The position numbers were made by a program, and so were the translations under genes. From Burkholderiales bacterium (GTDB taxonomy: Bacteria; Pseudomonadota; Gammaproteobacteria; Burkholderiales; Burkholderiaceae_E), in NCBI GenBank assembly GCA_029977705.1, contig JAPOKJ010000011.1:3014-67013 (forward strand): DNA of 64,000 nt, written 5' to 3'. Positions 45,028 through 53,877 of the stretch are shown here, one piece after another. The notes beneath the pieces are model-generated. The model was given only the letters and a program-made list of their open reading frames with translations, did not search any database and was not told the DNA's origin. The stretch's first letter is position 1. Each line of letters begins with the position of its first letter.

Positions 45028-46668
45028 TTAGCGCGACACGTTGTCCAGCGGGGTGAAGCCGCCCCAGATCGAGACCGGCACGTTCTTCAGGCTCTTGTCG
45101 TAGACCATGGATTGCGGCCAGACATGGGTGAAGGTGACCGGCACATCATTGGCGATGATGCGCTGGAATTCGTCGTACATCGCCTTGCGCTTGGCCGGGT
45201 CGCGCTCGATGCCGGCCTGGGCCAGCAACTCGTCGACGCGCGGGTTCTTGTAGTTCTGGGTATTGCTCCAGATCACACCCTTGCGGATGTTGGAGGACAG
45301 GTAGGTGCGGTGCACGCCGATCACCGGGTCGCCATAGTTGAAGGCGCCATCCATGGTGACATCGAAATCGTAGTTGCTGACGCGCCGCGCCCAGGTCGGA
45401 AAATCGGGCTGGCCGCGCACCGAGACATCGATACCGATCTTCTTCAGCTGCGGCTTGAGGTATTCGGCGATGTTCTGGGAGTTGTCGGGCGTGTTGGGCA
45501 GGTAGTCGATCTGCATGGCAAACCGGATGCCCTTGTCGTCCTTCTTCAGACCCGCTGCATCGAGCAGCTTGTTGGCCTTGTCCAGGTTCAGCGCATAGGT
45601 TTCGACCTTGTCGGTGTACATCGGGGTGCCCGGCATGATCGGCCCGGTGGCGCGCTTGGTAAAGCCCCGGTGCAGCACCTTGGTGATGAAGTCGCGGTCG
45701 ATGGCGTAGGCAACCGCCTGGCGCACGCGCACATCGTCATAGGGTTTCTTCAAGGTGTTGAAGGCCAGCCAGCCGAGCGGGCCGATGGCCTCACCGCCCT
45801 TGTTGCTCACGACTTCCAGATGCGCCATCTTCTTCAATTGAGAGGTGGTGCTGATCGAGGAATTCCAGGGCAGCATCTGCACGTCCTTGCGCTCGAAGGC
45901 CAGCACCTGCGAGGTGGAGTCCTGGATCACCTTCCAGATCAGGCGGTCCAGCTTGGGACGGCCGGGCATGAAGTAGCCGGCGTGCCTTTCCATGATGATG
46001 TGTTCATTGGGCTTGAACTCCACCACCTTGAACGGACCCGAGCCGACGATATTCGCGCTGTTGCGCGGATGCAGCTTCAGGTCTTGCCCGTCGCCATAGA
46101 TGTGCTTGGGCAGGATCGGGCAGAAGGCCGGCGACATCGCCAGCAGGATGGCCGGATGGGGCTGCGACAGGCGGATGATGGCGATATGCGGCGAGGGCGT
46201 GTCGACCCGTTCGACCGGTGCGAACATCGACTGGAAGGGGTGGTTGGCCTTCACCGCCATGATCGAGAAGGCTACATCCTCGGAGGTGATCGGCTTGCCG
46301 TCATGGAAGGTGGCGTTCTTGACCAGGCGCAGCACCAGCGAACGCCCATCGTCCTGGAAGGCCCAGGTCTCTGCCAGGTAGGGCTTGGGGGTCCAGTCGC
46401 CCTCGCCCTCGAAGCGCAAGGGGCTGGCAAAGATCTGCGCCGCCGGTATGCCGGTGGCGGTGCCCGATTGCACCGCGGAGTTCAGGTGACGGGCCACCAC
46501 GGGTTGCAGCAGCACCAGGGTGTTGTTGCCCTGTGCCCGCGCGGGCTGGGTGCACAGGACAAGGCCAAGGACGGTCGCGGCAGTGCTCGCCAGACGCAGC
46601 AGCAGGGGTTTCACAGGCGTACTCCAGAGGAATCGGAGGCCTGACTGTAGCGGTGAGCGGCGCTTCAT
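45028..46668 (-). CDS. ABC transporter substrate-binding protein, family 5 (peptide/opine/nickel type)
   Basis: Signal peptide ...LGLVLCTQPARAQ and a roughly 520-aa mature SBP_bac_5-like sequence. Its stop codon abuts the dehydrogenase ATG. Confidence 0.83.
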   Translation of the reverse strand: MKRRSPLQSGLRFLWSTPVKPLLLRLASTAATVLGLVLCTQPARAQGNNTLVLLQPVVARHLNSAVQSGTATGIPAAQIFASPLRFEGEGDWTPKPYLAETWAFQDDGRSLVLRLVKNATFHDGKPITSEDVAFSIMAVKANHPFQSMFAPVERVDTPSPHIAIIRLSQPHPAILLAMSPAFCPILPKHIYGDGQDLKLHPRNSANIVGSGPFKVVEFKPNEHIIMERHAGYFMPGRPKLDRLIWKVIQDSTSQVLAFERKDVQMLPWNSSISTTSQLKKMAHLEVVSNKGGEAIGPLGWLAFNTLKKPYDDVRVRQAVAYAIDRDFITKVLHRGFTKRATGPIMPGTPMYTDKVETYALNLDKANKLLDAAGLKKDDKGIRFAMQIDYLPNTPDNSQNIAEYLKPQLKKIGIDVSVRGQPDFPTWARRVSNYDFDVTMDGAFNYGDPVIGVHRTYLSSNIRKGVIWSNTQNYKNPRVDELLAQAGIERDPAKRKAMYDEFQRIIANDVPVTFTHVWPQSMVYDKSLKNVPVSIWGGFTPLDNVSR

Positions 46669-46707
46669 GCTTTTCCAAAAAAGACATGAAGCATCGAAAA
46701 ACCGCCA

Positions 46708-47700
46708 TCAGCGATGGGCGTCCAACACCAGGTGCGAAGCCATGCTGCGTCCGCGCGTGTGGCTGGGGGTGTGCCCGAAGTGCTGCCGGTAGACGGTGGA
46801 GAAATGGCTCAGGGACTGGAACCCGCAGGCCTCGGCGATCTCGGTGATGCTCAGGTCGGTCTGCAGGAGCAGCGCGCGGGCCTGGTTCAGGCGATGGCGC
46901 AGCTGATACCCGCTGGGGGAGTGCCCGACATGGCGCTTGAACAGGCGCAGCAGCTGGCGCTCCGAGATGCCCACCGCCCGTGCCAGGTCGGGCACGCTCA
47001 GGGTATTGCCCTGCTGGGCCTCGATCAGGCCCAACGCCTTCACCAGGGTGGGGTGATGGGCGCCGGTGCGCATCGGCACCGGCATGCGCTGCCCGGTTTC
47101 GCCGTCGCGGATCGAGCGATGCAGGCAATGCTCGGCAACCCGGTTGGCCATGGTGATGCCGTGGTCGATCGCGATGGCATGCAGCATCATGTCCAGACTG
47201 GCACTGCCGCCGGCGCTGCTCAGGCGGTCGCGGTCGATCTCGAACAGGGTGGCATGCACATCGATGTCGGGATAGCGCTCGCGAAAGGCATCGATGACCT
47301 CCCAGTGCAGGGTGACGCGATGGTGGCCGAGCAGGCCGGCGCGGGCCAGCAGGAAGCAGCCGGTGTCCAGGCCACCGAGCACGCAGCCAGCCCGCTCGAG
47401 CTGGTGCAGCCAGCGGCGCAGCCGCAGCGAGTAAAAGCGCTCCGGCCGGATGTCCGATACCAGGAACAGGGTGCCCAGCGCCAGGTCATCATCGATGCTG
47501 CCATCGACCTGGATCGAGATGCCATTGCCATCGGGCACCGGCTTGCCATCGAGCGACAGCAGGCGGAAGCGGTACTTGTCCGGCAGGTAGCGGTTGGCGA
47601 TGCGCAGTGGTTCGATCGCCGAGGACAGTGCGATCAGGGTGAATTGCGGCAGCAGCAGAAAGCCGATCGGGCCGCGCAGGGCCAGGGCTTGCGCGCTCAT
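46708..47700 (-). CDS. GlxA-family transcriptional regulator (DJ-1/PfpI-like domain plus AraC HTH)
   Basis: N-terminus GFLLLPQFTLIALSSAIEPLRIAN and a C-terminal AraC HTH (LSITEIAEACGFQSLSHFSTVYRQHFG). Its ATG overlaps the upstream stop (ATGA). Confidence 0.85.
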   Translation of the reverse strand: MSAQALALRGPIGFLLLPQFTLIALSSAIEPLRIANRYLPDKYRFRLLSLDGKPVPDGNGISIQVDGSIDDDLALGTLFLVSDIRPERFYSLRLRRWLHQLERAGCVLGGLDTGCFLLARAGLLGHHRVTLHWEVIDAFRERYPDIDVHATLFEIDRDRLSSAGGSASLDMMLHAIAIDHGITMANRVAEHCLHRSIRDGETGQRMPVPMRTGAHHPTLVKALGLIEAQQGNTLSVPDLARAVGISERQLLRLFKRHVGHSPSGYQLRHRLNQARALLLQTDLSITEIAEACGFQSLSHFSTVYRQHFGHTPSHTRGRSMASHLVLDAHR

Positions 47701-48737
47701 GGCCGCAGGGCATCGGCCGGTACAGGGCCGTCCCGTGTCGCCCCGGCCAGTGCCGCACTGTCCAGCGTCGCCATCACGCAGCGGGCGGCCGCCAGGTCCC
47801 ATCCGGCCCAGCCGCAGCTCTTGAAAAACACCGGCCCCTGAACGGCGGCGGCCTTGCCGGACCCGGCTGGCAGGCCCTGCGGCGAGGCCGATCGCTGTGC
47901 CGCGCCCCGCGCCTTGCGCTCGGTCAGGACCTCGGCCAGTGTTGCCAGCGCGCTCACCGCGATGCCGGCCTGCAACAGGTCGCCCGCCTCATGGTCGGCA
48001 TCGCGGGTGTCCACCACCAGGGTGCCGCGCGCCGCCAGGTCCCGGCAGACGCTCGCCTCCCACTCGAGCATGCGGGGCGTGAAGGCGCCCACCGCGGCGA
48101 TGAAGGCGTCCTGCCGTGGGCGGCCCCGCATCACCACCTGCTGGGCAGGGGTGGCGGTGACCACCAGCGGGCATTCGGCCAGTGCGGCATCTGGATCATC
48201 GACGGCGCGAGTGCGCAGACCCATTTGCCGGGCATGGGCCAGCAAGGCCTCCCGGCCCGCTTCCCCTCGTGAATGCACCCACACCTCTTTGATGCCCAGC
48301 CCGGCCTGAAAGGCTTCGAGATGTGCCCGGCCCTGTACGCCCGCGCCCACGATCAGCAGCGGGCCGTCGCGGCGCGCGGCCAGGGTCTGCGCGGCCAGCA
48401 GCGAGACTGCGGCGGTGCGCCGCGCCGTCACGGTCGGGCCGTCGATGAGGGCGCGTCGCTGTCCGCTGCGCGCATCGAAGATCACGATGTCGCCCTGTAT
48501 GCTGGGCAGTTGCCGCGTACTGTTGTCGGGGATGAAGGTGATGAGCTTGGTGATGGCAATGTGTGCATCGTGGGCTGGCATCACGAACAGGCTGCCGCCA
48601 CCCGGCAGGGGTTGCACCAGCCGTGCCGGAACCCGGACCTGATCATCGGCCAGCAGGTCGGCGATGGCACGCGCCAGCGCCGGATAGGGCAGGGCCCGGG
48701 CGGTGGCAGCGGCATCGAGCAGCAGGGACGTCTGCAT
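47697..48737 (-). CDS. Ornithine cyclodeaminase / mu-crystallin family protein
   Basis: LIVGAGVQGRAHLEAF Rossmann motif, TARRTAAVS and FKSCGWAGWDLAAA motifs. The start is set at MQTSLLL. Confidence 0.83.
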   Translation of the reverse strand: MQTSLLLDAAATARALPYPALARAIADLLADDQVRVPARLVQPLPGGGSLFVMPAHDAHIAITKLITFIPDNSTRQLPSIQGDIVIFDARSGQRRALIDGPTVTARRTAAVSLLAAQTLAARRDGPLLIVGAGVQGRAHLEAFQAGLGIKEVWVHSRGEAGREALLAHARQMGLRTRAVDDPDAALAECPLVVTATPAQQVVMRGRPRQDAFIAAVGAFTPRMLEWEASVCRDLAARGTLVVDTRDADHEAGDLLQAGIAVSALATLAEVLTERKARGAAQRSASPQGLPAGSGKAAAVQGPVFFKSCGWAGWDLAAARCVMATLDSAALAGATRDGPVPADALRP

Positions 48738-48741
48738 GGCT

Positions 48742-49785
48742 TCAGCCCAGGGTCCAGATGAAGCGCGGGCGGCCGTCGGCAAAGTCCATCCGCGTGTCCA
48801 TCACGAGCCGGTGGTGATGCGCGGCCAGCGCCCCTTCGATCAGGCCATTCCAGGCCGGCATCAGGGTGCGGTCCAGGCCGGGCACGCCGGCCATCAGGCG
48901 CCAGCCCTCCTGCACCACGCGCCATCGCCCGCCCTCCTGCTCGATGCGTACGGCATCATCCTGAGCGCTGCCCAGGGCCTGAAGAAAGGCGGCGAAGGCG
49001 GCAGCGCTGCGCGCCGGCGCCAGGCCCAGGCCCGCCGCCGTCTGGTGATAGAACTGCATGCCGATCAGGCGCAGGCTCAGGTTCAGCAGCGGGACCGCTT
49101 CATGCGGACCCCACAGGTTCAGCATCACCGGCATGGCGGTGCGCAGGTACTCCATCGCATAGTTGCGATGCGCCTTGGCCAGGCGCTCGGCCGGCCAGCT
49201 GCTGGTGGGCAGGACCGGGGCCTTGGCCGGATCGAAATCAGGTGCGTCCTCGAGGCGGGAAAAGCGCAGCCGCTCGCCGGGGCTCAGATCGTGGTCGTAT
49301 TCCTGGTAGTAGCCCTCCAGGCCGCTCTGGCCGTCGACTGCCTGCTTGGTGCAGACGAAACCGAGGCGCGGGTTGCCCAGCGTGACGCCGTTCTGGGCAT
49401 GCCAGCCGGCCAACATTGCACGCGACACTTCGGTCGGGATCGCGCACAAGGCCGTACCGGCCCAGATCCAGCGCGGCGCGCCATAGCGCACCCAAGCCTT
49501 GCGCTCGCTCTCGGGCATGTACTCGACCGCCACGCCGCCGATATGGTTGGACAGGTAGTGGTACTGGGCCGCGGCCACGGCGTGCGGCAGGCCCTCCAGC
49601 CCCAGCTTGCGAAGCCCGGGCAGGAAGCGCTCCTCCCGCTGGCGGGCGAAGATCGCCTCGACCATCTCGGCGGCGCGGGCCGTGCCGCGGCGGGTGATGA
49701 CGCTGAGCAGCAGGCCGGTGAAAGCCGCGTGGTACCACTCGGCCACGGCACGCCAGGAGGGGGGGCCGGAAAGGTCAGAGATCAT
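48742..49785 (-). CDS. Hypothetical protein (347 aa), first gene of the cyclodeaminase cluster
   Basis: Coding-like composition and high GC3. Only the part below 49785 is credible, because the upstream part of the 740-aa ORF is antisense to a bona fide GGDEF gene. It ends 4 nt before the cyclodeaminase ATG. Confidence 0.62.
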   Translation of the reverse strand: MISDLSGPPSWRAVAEWYHAAFTGLLLSVITRRGTARAAEMVEAIFARQREERFLPGLRKLGLEGLPHAVAAAQYHYLSNHIGGVAVEYMPESERKAWVRYGAPRWIWAGTALCAIPTEVSRAMLAGWHAQNGVTLGNPRLGFVCTKQAVDGQSGLEGYYQEYDHDLSPGERLRFSRLEDAPDFDPAKAPVLPTSSWPAERLAKAHRNYAMEYLRTAMPVMLNLWGPHEAVPLLNLSLRLIGMQFYHQTAAGLGLAPARSAAAFAAFLQALGSAQDDAVRIEQEGGRWRVVQEGWRLMAGVPGLDRTLMPAWNGLIEGALAAHHHRLVMDTRMDFADGRPRFIWTLG

Positions 49786-49887
49786 GAAAACAGCTCGTTC
49801 ATCGGTCTGGGGCGGGGCTTGGTCGGTTGCGGGAGGCCTTTGCCGGGGCGAGGCTCCACCATCTGGGGGAGCGAACCATCCGACCTC

Positions 49888-51132
49888 ATGCATCTGTTCA
49901 AAAAAGCCCTCCACGGCGTGCCCGCCTTGCTGCGCGGCCACCACAGCAGCCCGTTTCCGGCGGAGCTGGAGGGAGAGTATCAGCTTTACATCGGGCCGGA
50001 GAAGGTGCGAACCATGCGCCTGGCCATGCTGTTGGCCGTGTTCCTCGTGCTGCCTTTTGCGGTGCTGGATGCCTGGGCGCTGCCCGCCCTGTTCCCGCAT
50101 ACCTTGTGGCTGCGCGCTGCACTGATCGGCGTCTGTCTGGCGACCTTTGCCTGGACTTTCCGCGCCTGCTACCTGCAGCATTACACGGCCTCGAGCGTGC
50201 TGGTGTCCAGCTCGATGGGGCTGCTGCTGGAGGGCTTCGTGGCTTTTTCGGGCTCGGGCGATCTGGCGCGCAGTGCCTATTTCGCGGGCCTGCTGCTGCC
50301 GATCATGGGCATCCACTCCTTCACCTTCCTCAATCCCAAGGCCTCCACCCTGATCACGGCCGGCCTGTTGCTGGCCTACCTGGCGATCGCCTTCGGCATC
50401 CATGGTGCCTCGGACCCTCAGGCCATCGCCCTGGTGGCGATCAATGCCCTGGTCCTGATCAGCGCGGCGTCGATTGGCCTGCTGTCGCAGATGGGGCGCG
50501 ATGCCTTCGAGCGTCAGGCCTTCCAGAACAAGCGCGCGTTGAACAACGAATTGCTGGCCACCGAGCATGCCCGCATGCTGATCGAACACCATGCCCTGCA
50601 CGACTCCCTGACCGGCCTGCCCAACCGCAAGGCCTTCGAGGCGCGCACGCTGGCATTGATGCAGAACTTTGATGCGGCGATGGGCGATGTGGCGGTCCTG
50701 TTCATTGATCTGGACGGCTTCAAGCCGGTCAATGACCAGTTCGGGCATGCAGTGGGTGACCGTATCCTGCGTGCGATCGGCCAGCGCATCCAGTCTGCCA
50801 TCAGCGACCGCGACTGCGTCGGGCGCCTGGGCGGTGACGAGTTCGTGGTGGCCCTGCTCCTGCCCTCCGGAGGCGGTCGACTGGGCTACCCGGCGGAACT
50901 GGCGAGGCAGATCGCCGAGCGCCTGCGTCAGCACATTGCCCAGCCCATCACCATCGATCATCACATGATCTCGGTCAATGCCAGCATCGGTGTGGCCCTG
51001 GGTTCACGGCATGGCTTCAAGGTCCCGATCCTGATGGCGATCGCAGACCAGGTGATGTACGAGGTCAAGCGCAAGGGCAAGGGCAGTTGCGAGGTGGCGC
51101 AGGAAGAGCAGGATATGATCTTCGCGATCTGA
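49888..51132 (+). CDS. Membrane-anchored diguanylate cyclase (GGDEF domain)
   Basis: About six predicted TM helices, then DSLTGLPNR...FIDLDGFKPVND..GH..GD...RLGGDEFVV. The start is uncertain because there is no clear SD. Confidence 0.85.
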   Translation: MHLFKKALHGVPALLRGHHSSPFPAELEGEYQLYIGPEKVRTMRLAMLLAVFLVLPFAVLDAWALPALFPHTLWLRAALIGVCLATFAWTFRACYLQHYTASSVLVSSSMGLLLEGFVAFSGSGDLARSAYFAGLLLPIMGIHSFTFLNPKASTLITAGLLLAYLAIAFGIHGASDPQAIALVAINALVLISAASIGLLSQMGRDAFERQAFQNKRALNNELLATEHARMLIEHHALHDSLTGLPNRKAFEARTLALMQNFDAAMGDVAVLFIDLDGFKPVNDQFGHAVGDRILRAIGQRIQSAISDRDCVGRLGGDEFVVALLLPSGGGRLGYPAELARQIAERLRQHIAQPITIDHHMISVNASIGVALGSRHGFKVPILMAIADQVMYEVKRKGKGSCEVAQEEQDMIFAI

Positions 51133-51141
51133 TGGCGCCTG

Positions 51142-51159
51142 GCCGGGTGGTGACCCGGC
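51142..51159 (+). terminator. Hairpin just after the GGDEF gene stop
   Basis: GCCGGGT-GGTG-ACCCGGC forms a 7-bp stem, 10 nt after the TGA at 51130-51132. There is no U-tract. Confidence 0.3.
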
Positions 51160-51207
51160 ACGGGAATGCAATACGCCGTATTGCCGCTTTCAAGCCTGGC
51201 TCCCCCC

Positions 51208-51858
51208 ATGCCCACTTTTCACAGTCTTTCCCTGATCGTTGAAATCGTCGCCACGCTGGCCTTTGCGGCGTCCGGCCTGCTGGCGGCTGCACGCAAGCGA
51301 CTCGATGCCTTTGGCGTGTGCATGGTCAGCGGTGTGGCGGCCTTCGGCGGCGGCACCCTGCGTGACGTTCTGCTCGACCGCCGTCCCTTTTTCTGGGTTC
51401 AGCACCCGGGTTGGGTGTGGGCCCTGCTCGGCCTGTGCCTGTTCGCCCTGGTAGGCTTGCGTGGGCGCCATCTGGCCTTTACCGAACGGGCCATCCTGGT
51501 GCCCGATGCCCTCGGCCTGGGCCTGTTCAGCGTGCTCGGGACCATGGGGGCCTGGTCGGCCGGCATGCCGGCGATCGTTGCGGTGCTGATGGGCATCCTG
51601 ACCGCCGTCTTCGGGGGTGTGCTGCGCGACCTGTTGTGCAACGAATTGCCCAAGGCTTTCAGCGATCATCAGCCCTATGCGGTGCTGGCCTTTGCCGGCG
51701 GCTGGCTGGCCATCGGCCTGGATCGGCTGGGCCTGCCGGAGTCCGCCACGCTGGGCCTGGCGGCACTGGTCACCAGCGCCTTGCGCCTGTGTGCCCTGCA
51801 GTGGCACTGGCGATTGCCGGCCTGGCGGGCGCTGGAGCCGGAGAGCCGTCAGGACTGA
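51208..51858 (+). CDS. TRIC/UPF0126 (YadS/YicG) family membrane protein
   Basis: Two internal repeats, each carrying a GGG/GGV-LRD motif (FGGGTLRDVLL and FGGVLRDLLC). 216 aa. Confidence 0.8.
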   Translation: MPTFHSLSLIVEIVATLAFAASGLLAAARKRLDAFGVCMVSGVAAFGGGTLRDVLLDRRPFFWVQHPGWVWALLGLCLFALVGLRGRHLAFTERAILVPDALGLGLFSVLGTMGAWSAGMPAIVAVLMGILTAVFGGVLRDLLCNELPKAFSDHQPYAVLAFAGGWLAIGLDRLGLPESATLGLAALVTSALRLCALQWHWRLPAWRALEPESRQD

Positions 51859-51916
51859 GCGTGGACGTCGCAGGCCGGGATGCCGGCTGCTCGCGCCGGA
51901 TGCCTGGCCTGTGTCT

Positions 51917-52921
51917 TCAGAGCGGACGACCGGTCAGCGGATAGGAGGGGTCGTTGTAGCCGGGCGTCGAGGGATGCCCAGGCTTGACCAACTGGTCGAT
52001 CAGGGCTTCGTCCTGCGCCGACAGGGCGAGCGTCACGCAGGCAAAGTAGTCCAGCCACTGGGCCAGGGTCCGCGGTCCGGCAATGATGCCGGTGACGATC
52101 GGATTGGCCAGGACCCAGGCACAGGCATAGTGCTGCAGGCTCACGCCCAGTTCGGCGGCACGAACCTTGAGCTGTTCGGCAATGTGCAGCGATTCCTGAC
52201 GGAACTCGGTCTGCAGGATGCGGGCATCGTTGCGGCCGGCGCGCGAGTCCTGCGGGGGCGGGCTGCCCGGCGTGTACTTGCCGGTCAGCACGCCGCGCGC
52301 GATCGGGCTGTAGGGCACCACCGCCAGCCCATAGGCCTGGCAGGCCGGCAGGATCTCCACCTCGGGCATGCGGTTGAGCAGGTTGTAGTAGGGCTGGCAG
52401 ATGACCGGCTGCGGCACATTCAGGCGGCGCGCCATCTCGACGGCCTGCGCGATGCGCCAGCCGCGGAAGTTGGACAGGCCCCAGGCGCGGATCTTGCCCT
52501 GTGCGATCAGCTCGCCCATGGTGCGCACCGGCTCTTCGAGGTCGAGACCGGGATAGTCCCGGTGCATGTAGTAGACATCCAGGTGGTCGGTGCCCAGCCG
52601 TGTCAGGCTGCCCTCGATTGCGCGCATCATCCAGCTGCGCGAATAACCGGACTGGTTGGGGTCCTCGCCCATCTTGTTGCCCAGCTTGCTGGCGATCACC
52701 CAGCGCTCCCGCTCGCCCTTGATCAGGGGGGCGAGCATCTGTTCCGAGGCGCCGCGGGTATAGACATCGGCGGTGTCCAGAAAGTTGACGCCGTGCTCGC
52801 GCGCTGCGGCCATGATGCTGGCGGCCTCGCGGGCATCGGTCTGGTCACCGAACATCATCGTGCCCAGGCACAGGCGCGAGACGCGCAGGCCGCTGTTGCC
52901 AAGGGTTCGCAGGGGCATCAT
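51917..52921 (-). CDS. Aldo/keto reductase
   Basis: LGNSGLRVSRLCLGTMMFG...GVNFLDTADVY is the AKR signature. 334 aa. Confidence 0.9.
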   Translation of the reverse strand: MMPLRTLGNSGLRVSRLCLGTMMFGDQTDAREAASIMAAAREHGVNFLDTADVYTRGASEQMLAPLIKGERERWVIASKLGNKMGEDPNQSGYSRSWMMRAIEGSLTRLGTDHLDVYYMHRDYPGLDLEEPVRTMGELIAQGKIRAWGLSNFRGWRIAQAVEMARRLNVPQPVICQPYYNLLNRMPEVEILPACQAYGLAVVPYSPIARGVLTGKYTPGSPPPQDSRAGRNDARILQTEFRQESLHIAEQLKVRAAELGVSLQHYACAWVLANPIVTGIIAGPRTLAQWLDYFACVTLALSAQDEALIDQLVKPGHPSTPGYNDPSYPLTGRPL

Positions 52922-53025
52922 GGGGAAGGCTCCATCAAGAGGGGGTCGAATCTCGGGTCAGGCCCGATGGTGAACCACTGCGGGCGTTGCGCACCCGGTC
53001 CGTTCCACCCGCATCCTGCGTGCGT

Positions 53026-53877
53026 TCAGGCCCCGTCCCGGGCGATGAACAGTTGCAGCATGATCACGGCCGGCTCCAGGGCCAGTTGTCCCCGGTCGAT
53101 CAGGGCCTCGATCTGGGCCCGGTCAAAGTGCGCGAAACCGGCCACCTCGCCATCCATGTTGCGCGGCTCGAAGCTTGCCGGCAATTGCGCCAGAAAGGCG
53201 AAGTTGTCCTGCACCATGTGCCCTTCCGGCACGAGCCGGTTGATGTGGCTGGTGGGCAGGGGTTGCAGGCTCGTCAGCAAGTGGGCCGGGATGCCTGCCT
53301 CCTCCCAGGATTCGCGCACAGTGGCGCGGCGCAGGTCCTCGCGCTGCAGTCGTCCATCGATCCGCTCGGTGCCTACCAGGCCTCCGGCCAGCGTGTCCCA
53401 CAGACCGGGGTCGGTGTCCTTGTCGAAGGCCCGCTGCTGCAACCAGAAGCGGCCATCGGGGCGCACCCCGACCAGGTGTGCCGCCGCCATGTGCAGCCCC
53501 AGGGGACGCATGGCCGCGCGCTCGATCACGCCCAGCGGGCTGCCATCGTCGGATTGCACCGCCATCAACTCGCCGCGCCAGCGTGGCAGGCGATGGGCAT
53601 CGCGCAGCTGCAGCGCCATCTGCTCGAGCACCGGCACGCTGTCGCGGGTGCAATAGGGCGCCAGGGCCAGACTGTCCTCATCGAGCACCAGCCCAGGCAC
53701 GCGCTCGGCCAGCCAGCGTGCATCATCGGGGGCGACACTGCCGCATACCTTGCCGTCGATTTCGAAGGGCAGCCGTTGCGCGATGAGGCGTCGCTCCTGC
53801 TCGTCGCGCAGGCCGCTCACACATTGGTCGAGCAGTCGCTGGAGACAGGCCTGGGCGTTGAAGCCTGGAGGGGTCAT
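53026..53877 (-). CDS. NUDIX hydrolase with N-terminal extension
   Basis: Nudix box GGLVGTERIDGRLQREDLRRATVRESWEEAGI. Its start overlaps the amiC stop. Confidence 0.8.
   Translation of the reverse strand: MTPPGFNAQACLQRLLDQCVSGLRDEQERRLIAQRLPFEIDGKVCGSVAPDDARWLAERVPGLVLDEDSLALAPYCTRDSVPVLEQMALQLRDAHRLPRWRGELMAVQSDDGSPLGVIERAAMRPLGLHMAAAHLVGVRPDGRFWLQQRAFDKDTDPGLWDTLAGGLVGTERIDGRLQREDLRRATVRESWEEAGIPAHLLTSLQPLPTSHINRLVPEGHMVQDNFAFLAQLPASFEPRNMDGEVAGFAHFDRAQIEALIDRGQLALEPAVIMLQLFIARDGA

Noticed and set aside
49786-50964. The upstream two-thirds of the 740-aa minus-strand ORF 48742-50964, and the first 395 codons of the plus-strand ORF 48703-51132.
   Set aside because: The plus strand from 49888 onward encodes an unmistakable GGDEF protein. 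The minus strand below 49785 has protein-like composition and is coupled to the cyclodeaminase gene. Each long ORF is therefore real over only part of its length.
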